IMG/VR virus record: IMGVR_UViG_3300034954_001794
Location: 1-29,237 of that record
Direction: 5' to 3' (one strand)
DNA length: 29,237 nt
Source: a virus
Taxonomy: Duplodnaviria > Caudoviricetes
Shown: positions 14,414 to 22,152 of the stretch, in pieces
How the letters are laid out: each line of letters starts with the position of its first letter
Numbering within the stretch: position 1 is the first letter of the stretch
Program-made: the position numbers and the translations under genes
Notes under the pieces: generated by a model
What the model was told of the DNA's origin: nothing
Database searches by the model: none
Seen by the model: the letters and a program-made list of their open reading frames with translations, nothing else

Positions 14414-16411
14414 ATGCAAGCGGATAGTGGATCGTTCTCGCTAGGGACGCCAGCTGCCGGTCTGCTAACGGCTACCCTCCGAGTCAATCGGGGCGCATTC
14501 GCGATTGAATTCCCGCGTGCGCTCACAAATTACATACGGATTTATTCCGCCAATACCCAATCGTTCAGCTCGGCTGGGCAGTCGGTTGACTTTTCGCTTG
14601 GCTTCTACCAAGACGTTGACTCTCAGGGATACGTCACGAGCTTCGGCGATGGCTTGCTCAAGCGAGATCTAAAGCTTGTAGGACAAACCGAGAGTTTCGC
14701 TGTTGGGGCGTCCTCCGTCTCGTTCCCGTTTGGATATCGCTTCGCAGCGCAGAGAGCCGGGTTTAACGAAACCAATGAGGAGAGGACCTACGCAGTCACT
14801 GTGGTCAGCACAGGCTCTGGCAATAAATACGTTATTGATGGAGTCCAGCAGGCTGCCCTCGACCTGCCGGAAGGAGGGACCTACTCATTCGATCAGTCAG
14901 ACAGTAGTAATAACAATCATCCGCTTCGTTTTTCGACCACCAGCAATGGCACTCATGGTGGTGGCTCTGAGTATGTAATCGGCGTCAGCACTAGCGGTGT
15001 TCCAGGGAACCCAGGTGCTTTCACCAGAGTCACCGTCGCCGCTGGGGCTCCAGACCTTCATTACTATTGCGTCAACCACTCTGGGATGGGGTCGACGGCC
15101 AGCACGTCTACGGCGACTGGTATTAGGACGTATCGAGTCATTGTGGTCAGCACAGGCTCTGGCAATAAATACTTTGTTGATGGAGTCCAGCAAGCCGTTC
15201 TCGATCTCTCGGAAGGAGGGACCTATACGTTCGATCAGTCAGACAGCAGTAATAACAATCACCCGCTTCGCTTTTCTACTACGGACAATGGAACGCATGG
15301 CGGCGGGTCGGCGTACACAACTGGAGTCACTACTAACGGCATCCCTGGGAGCCCAGGAGCTTTCACCCGAATAAGGGTTGCTGCTGGTGCTCCAGACCTT
15401 TATTACTACTGCGTCAATCACTCTGGGATGGGCTCTTCAGCCAGCACTCCAGCGGTTGACGGCAGTGACCTGCGCAAGATCTCGAAGCTGCCAATTGGCA
15501 GTAAAGATTACGAGCTTGAATTCAACCTATTCCCGCGTAAAGCGCTGATCGACACCGTCACCACGTCAGCGACTTCCTTCGCGGGAGGGCAGGTTGGCTT
15601 CAAAAATGAAGTCATCTCTCCACTTGACACAGGCTTATTCACTCCTGCGAAAGGCAGGGTGGGAGGCAGTGACAAGACCTCTCCCTCCTTCCTCAGGCCA
15701 GAGCGGGTCCAGTTCAATTCGGTCAGCAAGTCCAGAGACCTGGGCGCAGTCGACAACTTCCTTGGCGAATTCACTGGAGCCATTGGCGCTTCGAGCGGCA
15801 CCCAGACTTTGTACTTCAAGATTGAAACTCTTGGTGATGCCGATCTCTTGATTCGCAAAAAAGCGGTCAATCGTTTTACAGATAATCAAATCAGTGTTGG
15901 CATACTGGATTCCAATAAAAAGCCGGTCAAGGTCAATGACTTTGGCTTTGCCTATAAAAATGAAATAGTCGGCACGGACTCAAAAGAGTTTCTAGAACCT
16001 TTACCCAAAGGAGTTTATTACTTCACTATCAGCGGTAGTTCCTGGCAAAGCATCCCATATCATGTCTCGATACAAGTCATTAGGTATGTCAGCCTTGATG
16101 GCTCCGCGATGCTGAGTGCATCGCTATCCGGTCGATTCTCACTCGTAAAGCCACGAGGACAAGCTCTACTCACTGCTCCTCTTTCTGGGGCTCTGCCTCT
16201 TCAGGAAGACATCAAAACACCAGCTGGTGCAGCGGTCTTGACTTCTGCTACTCAAGGCACATTCGTGAAAATGGGTGGTGCCGCAATCGGACGATTACTG
16301 CCTACCGGAAGACTCAAGCACACGCACAGAATTGTTGGTGCAGCAATAGTTAGCAACGCCAATGTGGCTACCCTGAGTGCAACGCCTTCCTCCGGGTACG
16401 GCTACCCCTAG
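14414..16411 (+). CDS. Virion structural protein with two cupredoxin-like repeats
   Basis: 665 aa with two ~105-aa repeats, each containing NKY.DG, TY.FDQSDSSNNNHPLRFS and APDL.YYCVNHSGMG. Flanked by structural genes. Confidence 0.75.
   Translation: MQADSGSFSLGTPAAGLLTATLRVNRGAFAIEFPRALTNYIRIYSANTQSFSSAGQSVDFSLGFYQDVDSQGYVTSFGDGLLKRDLKLVGQTESFAVGASSVSFPFGYRFAAQRAGFNETNEERTYAVTVVSTGSGNKYVIDGVQQAALDLPEGGTYSFDQSDSSNNNHPLRFSTTSNGTHGGGSEYVIGVSTSGVPGNPGAFTRVTVAAGAPDLHYYCVNHSGMGSTASTSTATGIRTYRVIVVSTGSGNKYFVDGVQQAVLDLSEGGTYTFDQSDSSNNNHPLRFSTTDNGTHGGGSAYTTGVTTNGIPGSPGAFTRIRVAAGAPDLYYYCVNHSGMGSSASTPAVDGSDLRKISKLPIGSKDYELEFNLFPRKALIDTVTTSATSFAGGQVGFKNEVISPLDTGLFTPAKGRVGGSDKTSPSFLRPERVQFNSVSKSRDLGAVDNFLGEFTGAIGASSGTQTLYFKIETLGDADLLIRKKAVNRFTDNQISVGILDSNKKPVKVNDFGFAYKNEIVGTDSKEFLEPLPKGVYYFTISGSSWQSIPYHVSIQVIRYVSLDGSAMLSASLSGRFSLVKPRGQALLTAPLSGALPLQEDIKTPAGAAVLTSATQGTFVKMGGAAIGRLLPTGRLKHTHRIVGAAIVSNANVATLSATPSSGYGYP
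14795..15447 (+). repeat. Intragenic tandem domain duplication, period 342 nt
   Basis: gtggtcagcacaggctctggcaataaatac occurs at 14801 and 15143. High nucleotide similarity continues through ...cactctgggatggg. Confidence 0.9.
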
Positions 16412-16451
16412 TAACAAGGGCCGTTTATTTTTCACCTAATAAGAGAAGTCC

Positions 16452-16874
16452 ATGGCATTCTCGCAATATTTTGCGACGCAAGTCCTGAGCTGGGTTAAAG
16501 GCTCTACTTTTCCTGCTGCGCTCTCGAATGTCTATATCACTCTGCATTCGGCAGATCCTGGAACTGCGGGGACAAATGGTGATGTAACTAGCTCAATCAC
16601 CAATTCTTCAAACCGCACCCAGATTGCTAGCTCAGCTCTCGGCTCTGTCGGTTCCGCCTCTGGTGGTGGTTTTGAGGTCACCAATAGCAGTGTTGTGCAG
16701 TTGACAACCTCTGCAAACAACTCATCTTCCATCACCGTCACTCATTTCGGTGTCTGGGATGCCCAGACCGGGGGCAACTTCCTTGCTTCTGGATCACTGA
16801 CATCAAGCGTGGATGTCGAAACCGGTGACACAGTCCAGTTCAACATCGGCGCAATGGCCGTGCGTGTTGTCTGA
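16452..16874 (+). CDS. Putative tail-associated structural protein
   Basis: 140 aa: VYITLHSADPG...ITVTHFGVWDAQTGGNFLASGSL...GDTVQF, a widespread small phage tail protein pattern. Confidence 0.75.
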   Translation: MAFSQYFATQVLSWVKGSTFPAALSNVYITLHSADPGTAGTNGDVTSSITNSSNRTQIASSALGSVGSASGGGFEVTNSSVVQLTTSANNSSSITVTHFGVWDAQTGGNFLASGSLTSSVDVETGDTVQFNIGAMAVRVV

Positions 16875-17005
16875 TGGCCAAGATCAAGAAAAGCCTCATG
16901 GGCGGTTCATACATTGAGCCGGCCAAGAAAAAGACAACCCAGGGCTCAGGGCAGCACAGTCGCCCAAAGCCCGGCAGGAAGAAGTATCGCGGCCAGGGTC
17001 GTTAA
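16874..17005 (+). CDS. Small basic cyanophage protein (43 aa)
   Basis: Hand translation: MAKIKKSLMGGSYIEPAKKKTTQGSGQHSRPKPGRKKYRGQGR*. TGATG coupling to the upstream gene. The KKTxQG...YRGQG ending is one I recognise from small cyanophage proteins. Confidence 0.7.
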   Translation: MAKIKKSLMGGSYIEPAKKKTTQGSGQHSRPKPGRKKYRGQGR

Positions 17006-17026
17006 TCGTTTTTTGCAGATCGAAGC

Positions 17027-17341
17027 ATGTTGTCGACTCAATATCGCCTTCGCCTTGAGTTCATTTGTAAGCGCATTGCTTCTGGCGAGGAGGTCAAGCT
17101 CGACGACATGATCTGGGCCGGCAAGCTCGCCAAAGCCAATAGAAGCGCCAGTGAGATGCTTCGCAAGGCTCGACGTCATGCCAACAATCCCGAGATGCCG
17201 CCAGGCGGGCTCGATGATTTCCTCAATGCGATGGATATCGGCGACCCTGATCCGACCAATCAAATTGGCTTCGGCTCGGACGAGGAGATTGCTGCCTGGT
17301 TTCGCCAAGACAGGCCCGACGACTGGCGACAGCGCGATTAG
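17027..17341 (+). CDS. Conserved cyanophage hypothetical protein
   Basis: MLSTQYRLRLEFICKRIASGEEVKLDDMIWAGKLAKAN...LDDFLNAMDIGDPDP...DWRQRD, recognised as a recurrent cyanophage hypothetical. Confidence 0.75.
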   Translation: MLSTQYRLRLEFICKRIASGEEVKLDDMIWAGKLAKANRSASEMLRKARRHANNPEMPPGGLDDFLNAMDIGDPDPTNQIGFGSDEEIAAWFRQDRPDDWRQRD

Positions 17342-17544
17342 TCCTTACCCCTGTGGAAGGAGACTTCCATCATCAGCATCCTCAGGATCATCCTTAGATC
17401 CAAGAGCCTGATCTGCTCGTCCCTCTCTGCGGCGGGGTAGCCAGGCCACTTGGCGATATGAAATTCAACGCTTTCAGCCAACTGCTTGATCTCATCGGAA
17501 GTGAGCTCAATCATGAATTTGGCTTCACCTCTTTGGTCGTCCAT
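17338..17544 (-). CDS. Small hypothetical protein (68 aa)
   Basis: MDDQRGEAKFMIELTSDEIKQLAESVEFHIAKWPGYPA...EQIRL. ATG lies 1 nt after the lysin stop. The longer ORF-track version overlaps the lysin. Confidence 0.6.
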   Translation of the reverse strand: MDDQRGEAKFMIELTSDEIKQLAESVEFHIAKWPGYPAAERDEQIRLLDLRMILRMLMMEVSFHRGKD

Positions 17545-17545
17545 C

Positions 17546-18730
17546 TCAGTAGGACCATATGCAGCAAGGTCGTCCATCTGCCCTCGGCGAAAAACGACCT
17601 TCGTCTCTGGTATCGATGTGCACGAAACCCTGGTGGCAGCCGTCGCCAAGACCCCCTGTCCAACGCCTGCTAAGCCATTTGTGAAATGTCGAGCAGCTCT
17701 CGCCAACTGGATAGATATCCAGAGCCATGCCGCGAATGTGATAAGAGGCAGCCGCTCCCCCTACTTCTCTGTTGACTGCATCAGGCCTGTAACCGCTGGT
17801 AACTCCTATGGGGCCGCCCCACGCCTCTCTGATGAGGTCGAACTGTTTAGCTAGGGAGATGATCTCCTCTTCTTCTTTTGATCCGTTGTTAGGCCTTCTG
17901 CGTGAGTCCCACTGAAGTACTTCGCCAACGGTCAAATACTTGCTGATTCGTTGATTGAAATTGGACCAATCAATTGGCTCGCCTTCTACTGGTTCGATTT
18001 CTTCTCCTTCCGCCTTGACGAGCCAGTGAGGCTGATAGACAGTCCACCGTTCGCCCGAGCCTTTGATCGTTATCCATTGATAGGGGCTTGCCGGGAGAGA
18101 GTCGGCTGCAACGACTTCAATTGTCTCCCCAGGTTCAATTCCTTGACGACCTTCGCTCGAAAGGTATCGACTGCTAATCGGTGCTTTCTGCAAGAAGGTA
18201 GCGATGCTACAGCTGAAAATCATTTCTCCGTCATCTTCCCTAGACCACACGCGCCCCTCTTCGGCGCGACGAATTTTTAGACCCTCAAGTTCTACACCTT
18301 TTGCCTTGGTGTACAGACTGAGTGCTTCGGGCATTCTCCTATACTCCTCGGGATTTTTAGCCCCAGCTCGAAGAACTTCTGAGATCGACTCGAAGCCGTC
18401 TCTTCCATAAAAATTAGGGCCAAGGTTCCAAGCAAAGGAAACCAGTGCCGCTCTCCTGCATTTGCCCAGACGCTCCCAGCCAGGGATGTTCATGAGCTTC
18501 GGAATATAAATTTCTTCGATCATTGTCTGCAGGTATGCCCTGCACACAGGGCGACTGCATTTATCCCCTATCCGCACAGGGCTCCCGTCCGGGTATTTCG
18601 TCATCCCGGCGCAAATAGTGGGCACCCCGACGTTATCTACATAAGCATTAGTCTCTACACCCTCAAACCCCTCAATCAGAGGTATCGCCAGGGCTATTGT
18701 TGCCTGGAGGGCTAATTGGTACGTCACCAT
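17546..18730 (-). CDS. Modular peptidoglycan hydrolase: GH24 lysozyme + peptidase M15
   Basis: N-terminal E-x8-D-x5-T triad (FEGVETNAYVDNVGVPT), ALVSFAWNLG and GLKIRRAEE. C-terminal TSGYR, SYH-x6-D (HIRGMALD) and GFVHID of M15 zinc peptidases. Start could be 18730 (ATG) or 18742. Confidence 0.9.
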   Translation of the reverse strand: MVTYQLALQATIALAIPLIEGFEGVETNAYVDNVGVPTICAGMTKYPDGSPVRIGDKCSRPVCRAYLQTMIEEIYIPKLMNIPGWERLGKCRRAALVSFAWNLGPNFYGRDGFESISEVLRAGAKNPEEYRRMPEALSLYTKAKGVELEGLKIRRAEEGRVWSREDDGEMIFSCSIATFLQKAPISSRYLSSEGRQGIEPGETIEVVAADSLPASPYQWITIKGSGERWTVYQPHWLVKAEGEEIEPVEGEPIDWSNFNQRISKYLTVGEVLQWDSRRRPNNGSKEEEEIISLAKQFDLIREAWGGPIGVTSGYRPDAVNREVGGAAASYHIRGMALDIYPVGESCSTFHKWLSRRWTGGLGDGCHQGFVHIDTRDEGRFSPRADGRPCCIWSY

Positions 18731-18938
18731 AAATAGCTGCAAATCGCGGATTGGCTGATACCTCTTCTTCGTTGCCAGCCCAAATGTTCAAGCCATGCTG
18801 AATAGCAGCTTGATCACCCATGCCCCTGGCACGCAAAATCTCTATCTGCTCAATCACGTTCTCTACGTGTTGAACATCAGTATTCTGTGCTGATGCTGAC
18901 AGCTGATCAAATACTTCGTCGCTGCCAGCAAGCCGCAC
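18672..18938 (-). CDS. Hypothetical protein
   Basis: 88 aa with a GTG start. Fills the gap in the minus-strand operon and overlaps the lysin start. Confidence 0.55.
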   Translation of the reverse strand: MRLAGSDEVFDQLSASAQNTDVQHVENVIEQIEILRARGMGDQAAIQHGLNIWAGNEEEVSANPRFAAIYGDVPISPPGNNSPGDTSD

Positions 18939-18976
18939 AAATTGATATCAGCTCGGCTTAAATCCTAACGACGAGA

Positions 18977-19291
18977 TCAGCCGAAGAGTCTCTTGACGAT
19001 TTCCATAGCACCGCCACGTTCTTGCACTGCGAGTGCACCTGCGCCTCCAGAAGGTGATGCCGCTTTGATGCCATTAGCGACGTAATGCATCAATGCTTCA
19101 CCTTTATGTTCTGCCGAATCCTGACGACGCATCGCCTGACGCCCCTCTTCCATAATGGCGTTTATTTTTTGCGTATCCATTGTCTCGGATAGCATTTCCT
19201 GGTTTTGAGCAACCTGCTGAACAGCTTGCTCTTTCTGCATCATTGCAGGGTTGATGTCCTGATTCTGGGGCAGAGATCCGGGATAATTCAT
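18977..19291 (-). CDS. Hypothetical protein
   Basis: 104-aa Q/M/A-rich helical ORF in operon orientation. Confidence 0.6.
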   Translation of the reverse strand: MNYPGSLPQNQDINPAMMQKEQAVQQVAQNQEMLSETMDTQKINAIMEEGRQAMRRQDSAEHKGEALMHYVANGIKAASPSGGAGALAVQERGGAMEIVKRLFG

Positions 19292-19294
19292 AGG

Positions 19295-19317
19295 AAAAGG
19301 CCCCAGTAATCGGGGCC
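19295..19317 (-). terminator. Rho-independent terminator after scaffold-hli
   Basis: Minus strand: GGCCCCG-attac-TGGGGCC then TTTT, 23 nt after the hli stop. Confidence 0.7.
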
Positions 19318-19340
19318 ATAAACAGTTGAGTTACGAGCGA

Positions 19341-19460
19341 TTACCAGATGCCAGGGATGATCTGGCCAGTGACTGCATACGCACCGAGTGCTGCGATGAC
19401 GCCGAGCATTGCGACGCGACCGTTCAGCAGTTCAGCTGCTTTAGTCATGAAGTCAGACAT
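19341..19460 (-). CDS. hli: High-light-inducible protein (HLIP)
   Basis: Below the ORF-track cutoff. Hand translation: MSDFMTKAAELLNGRVAMLGVIAALGAYAVTGQIIPGIW*, with the canonical AExxNGRxAMxG chlorophyll-binding motif and TGQIIPGIW end. GAGG upstream. Confidence 0.97.
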   Translation of the reverse strand: MSDFMTKAAELLNGRVAMLGVIAALGAYAVTGQIIPGIW

Positions 19461-19462
19461 GA

Positions 19463-20326
19463 TCACCCCTCAGAAACCAGGATCTTGCTGCGCAGTGCGT
19501 CGGGGCCTGCCTGGGCCAACATCTGCCAAGCGGCGGATGGATTCCGATCGCTCATCGCGGAGAAGGTGGACCAGAAGTCGTCGCCACCCTGTGGTGCTTG
19601 CACACCAGGCTGGGGCATGTCGATCTCTGGACGCTGATAGGCGGGAGCCGGTGCCTGGAACCGCTGAGTGCTAGCGGCAACTTCTGCAGCGAGGCGATCT
19701 TCGGGAGTCTCCTGGGGGTAAGGACCTTCAGGACCGAAGAAGTCGTTCACGTATGCAGCCAACATGTCAGGGTTGGTCAGCATGACGTGGTACGCAGCGT
19801 TGTCCTCTGCTGCAGCCTCGATCACTGCTTTTGCAGAATCGAGGGAAACTCCAAGCTCTTCGAGTTTTTGCATGGTCTCAGCGGTCTGCTGAGCCTGAGC
19901 CAACAGAGCATCTTCGACTACACAGGAGTAGCGATTAAGGAGAGCCGGGGCTTCAGCACCGAAGTGCTCAAGAACTTCAAGACTTTCGTTGCTTACGCTG
20001 GCGAGATACTCGTCGCTCGCGGGTGCGATCTGCTCGTTGCTGTAGCTGGGCGCCTGTGTCTGTGGGGAGAACGCCTGCGTTGCTTGGGGAATTGAGGTCT
20101 GCAGCCCCGAAGTTGAAGGCGCTGCCTGGTACTGCGCCGGAGCCGAACCCTGCCATGCCTGCGGAGGGGCTGCCTGTGGGGTCGGCGTTGAGTAGGCTGC
20201 CTGCGGTTGGGAGTTCCGCGTCGCGCTCAAGCTGTCGCTGAGACGCTCGAACGCCTGCTGCCATGGGTTGGCCTGGGGTGCCGCCGGTGCCTGCTGGTAA
20301 GGCGTCGGGTCCACCTGCTGCGGCAC
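19463..20326 (-). CDS. Putative capsid scaffolding protein
   Basis: Q/A/P-rich disordered N-terminus, acidic coiled-coil middle and short conserved-looking C-terminus, directly after the portal. The true start may be the ATG at 20405 across a frame discontinuity (see findings). Confidence 0.6.
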   Translation of the reverse strand: MPQQVDPTPYQQAPAAPQANPWQQAFERLSDSLSATRNSQPQAAYSTPTPQAAPPQAWQGSAPAQYQAAPSTSGLQTSIPQATQAFSPQTQAPSYSNEQIAPASDEYLASVSNESLEVLEHFGAEAPALLNRYSCVVEDALLAQAQQTAETMQKLEELGVSLDSAKAVIEAAAEDNAAYHVMLTNPDMLAAYVNDFFGPEGPYPQETPEDRLAAEVAASTQRFQAPAPAYQRPEIDMPQPGVQAPQGGDDFWSTFSAMSDRNPSAAWQMLAQAGPDALRSKILVSEG

Positions 20327-22143
20327 CGAAGCTGTCTGGTACGAAGCTGGGGCGCTCTGGGCCGGCGCTGATTGGTAAGCCTGACATCGTTGTACTGTCC
20401 TGCATAAGTCAGCTCACGCTTAAGGAAATCAAGCGCGCGATAAATGTACGGAGTGAGATCCAGTTTTGGATCCGCGAGCATCGGTAAGTCGGGTGCTTGC
20501 GGATGCGGGATCTGACGCATGTTTTCGACGAGCGTCAGGAATGTCCCAATACTTTGCTGGGTGGCTTGGGCCATTCGGAATGGATAGCCACTGAGCATTG
20601 CGCTTCTTTCTTCATCAGTTTTATCTGGGAAGAGGTAACGCAGAGCTTCGATCGAATTAACGCCGAGCTCTTGGAGGTTACGAACGACAATACTTGAATT
20701 AAGTATATCCTCTGTACCATCCTCGAAGACGGGACCTTTCCATCTCCACTCAACTCTTCTGTCTCCATCGGGTATAAGTCCGACAGTTCCAGGTGGAAGC
20801 TGTCGACTTTGCACTGCTTGGCCGATCTCTTGAGAAAGAGTTCCCTCGTACTCTTTCATAATCTGATCAAATTCAGCTGCTGCTGCTCCGTAATCCGCAG
20901 AAACTGGGAAGTCTTCCCGCATTGGAGCCATAGGCCTATCCAGGCCAATTGCAGCTGCAAATGATTCTTTGAAGATCTTTTCTTCGTTGTAAATAATCAG
21001 TGCAAATAATTTGCACAGGCCATAGGTCAACAATCCTCTGCAACGTCTTGATGCAGTCGTTGCAGCTCTCCCGTACAAGCTCTTGATCTCGTAAGCGGTA
21101 GCGCCTGCGGTGATGCCCAGCTCGTCAACGCCGCCAAGTGCCGTGCGGATCTCTTCTCGATACTGCCTCGCGTACAGGTTTTGGTCGCCAGAGACTGCGT
21201 CAGGCGTGATGTACGCAGCACGGTCAGTTGCCTCGATATTGGCGATGATTCGCGGCACTTTGAATCCGCCGCTGCCCGAACCTCCTAGCGGTGAACTGAC
21301 ACGAGTCGACGGACGATTCGCCGCATAGAAACCAGCTTGAGAGCTGATCGTGGGGCGCATGCTGTCGCCGTCATCACCGGTTTCGACCAGGTCGTGCTTC
21401 GGTCGACTGGACAGCAGAGTCGGGTTGCCGAAAAAGTGAATATTGGTGCGGATGTTTTTGACCAGATCGTCATGGGTCACGATCTGCTCTGCCAGCCAGT
21501 TGAACTCGCCGGTTGCGTCCATACCGGTGGAACGCATGTTGTTGAAGCACTCAACAGCAGGGATGAACCCCAGGCTGTTCGTCAGCGTTCTGGTCTTGTT
21601 GACTGCGAACGCCATCGTTGGCGCGCTCTGGTCGAACGATGGCTTTTCGCCGGTGATCGTTTCCTTGATCTCGTCCTTGCGCACACGCAGCTTGACGTAA
21701 CGCAGTGAGCCTTCGCCCTCGCTTGGCCCAACTGGTGCGGCAGAGTTCTGCCTGACAGAGAAAGAGTAGATCAGCTCAATCTCTTCCAGTTCTCCGATTG
21801 AGTCATAGAACGCGCGATAGTTATCTGCGCTGAACCACATGATCCGGTATGTATCCCGGACAGGCCTGAAGTAAAAGAGCCCTTTTCCGTCAATCAGAAA
21901 ATCATCAACGATTCCCTCAAGACGGGTGTCAATTTCGTTCTCCTCAATGACTTGAGTGAGGAATTGTTTTCGGAATCCGAATGTATCCTGCCCTGGATAA
22001 AACTCCAATCCCTGGCGCAACATGAACAATTTCATCTGCGACAGATGACTGTTCACGATCATCGTGTCGGTATTTGCACCGCCATCTCGCTTGCGAGCTG
22101 CTTCGAGAATTCGACGGAAACGGTCTTGAGTTGACTGGCTCAT
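20227..22143 (-). CDS. Portal protein (C-terminal tail probably in the wrong frame after ~20385)
   Basis: Large ORF directly downstream of terL, with ~585 aa of globular-looking sequence (DFLIDGKGLFYF, LGFIPAVE, NIHFFGNPTL, VEWRWKG, GVNSIEAL). Assignment rests on synteny and size. Confidence 0.75.
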   Translation of the reverse strand: MSQSTQDRFRRILEAARKRDGGANTDTMIVNSHLSQMKLFMLRQGLEFYPGQDTFGFRKQFLTQVIEENEIDTRLEGIVDDFLIDGKGLFYFRPVRDTYRIMWFSADNYRAFYDSIGELEEIELIYSFSVRQNSAAPVGPSEGEGSLRYVKLRVRKDEIKETITGEKPSFDQSAPTMAFAVNKTRTLTNSLGFIPAVECFNNMRSTGMDATGEFNWLAEQIVTHDDLVKNIRTNIHFFGNPTLLSSRPKHDLVETGDDGDSMRPTISSQAGFYAANRPSTRVSSPLGGSGSGGFKVPRIIANIEATDRAAYITPDAVSGDQNLYARQYREEIRTALGGVDELGITAGATAYEIKSLYGRAATTASRRCRGLLTYGLCKLFALIIYNEEKIFKESFAAAIGLDRPMAPMREDFPVSADYGAAAAEFDQIMKEYEGTLSQEIGQAVQSRQLPPGTVGLIPDGDRRVEWRWKGPVFEDGTEDILNSSIVVRNLQELGVNSIEALRYLFPDKTDEERSAMLSGYPFRMAQATQQSIGTFLTLVENMRQIPHPQAPDLPMLADPKLDLTPYIYRALDFLKRELTYAGQYNDVRLTNQRRPRAPQLRTRQLRCRSRWTRRLTSRHRRHPRPTHGSRRSSVSATA

Positions 22144-22152
22144 AATTCTATT

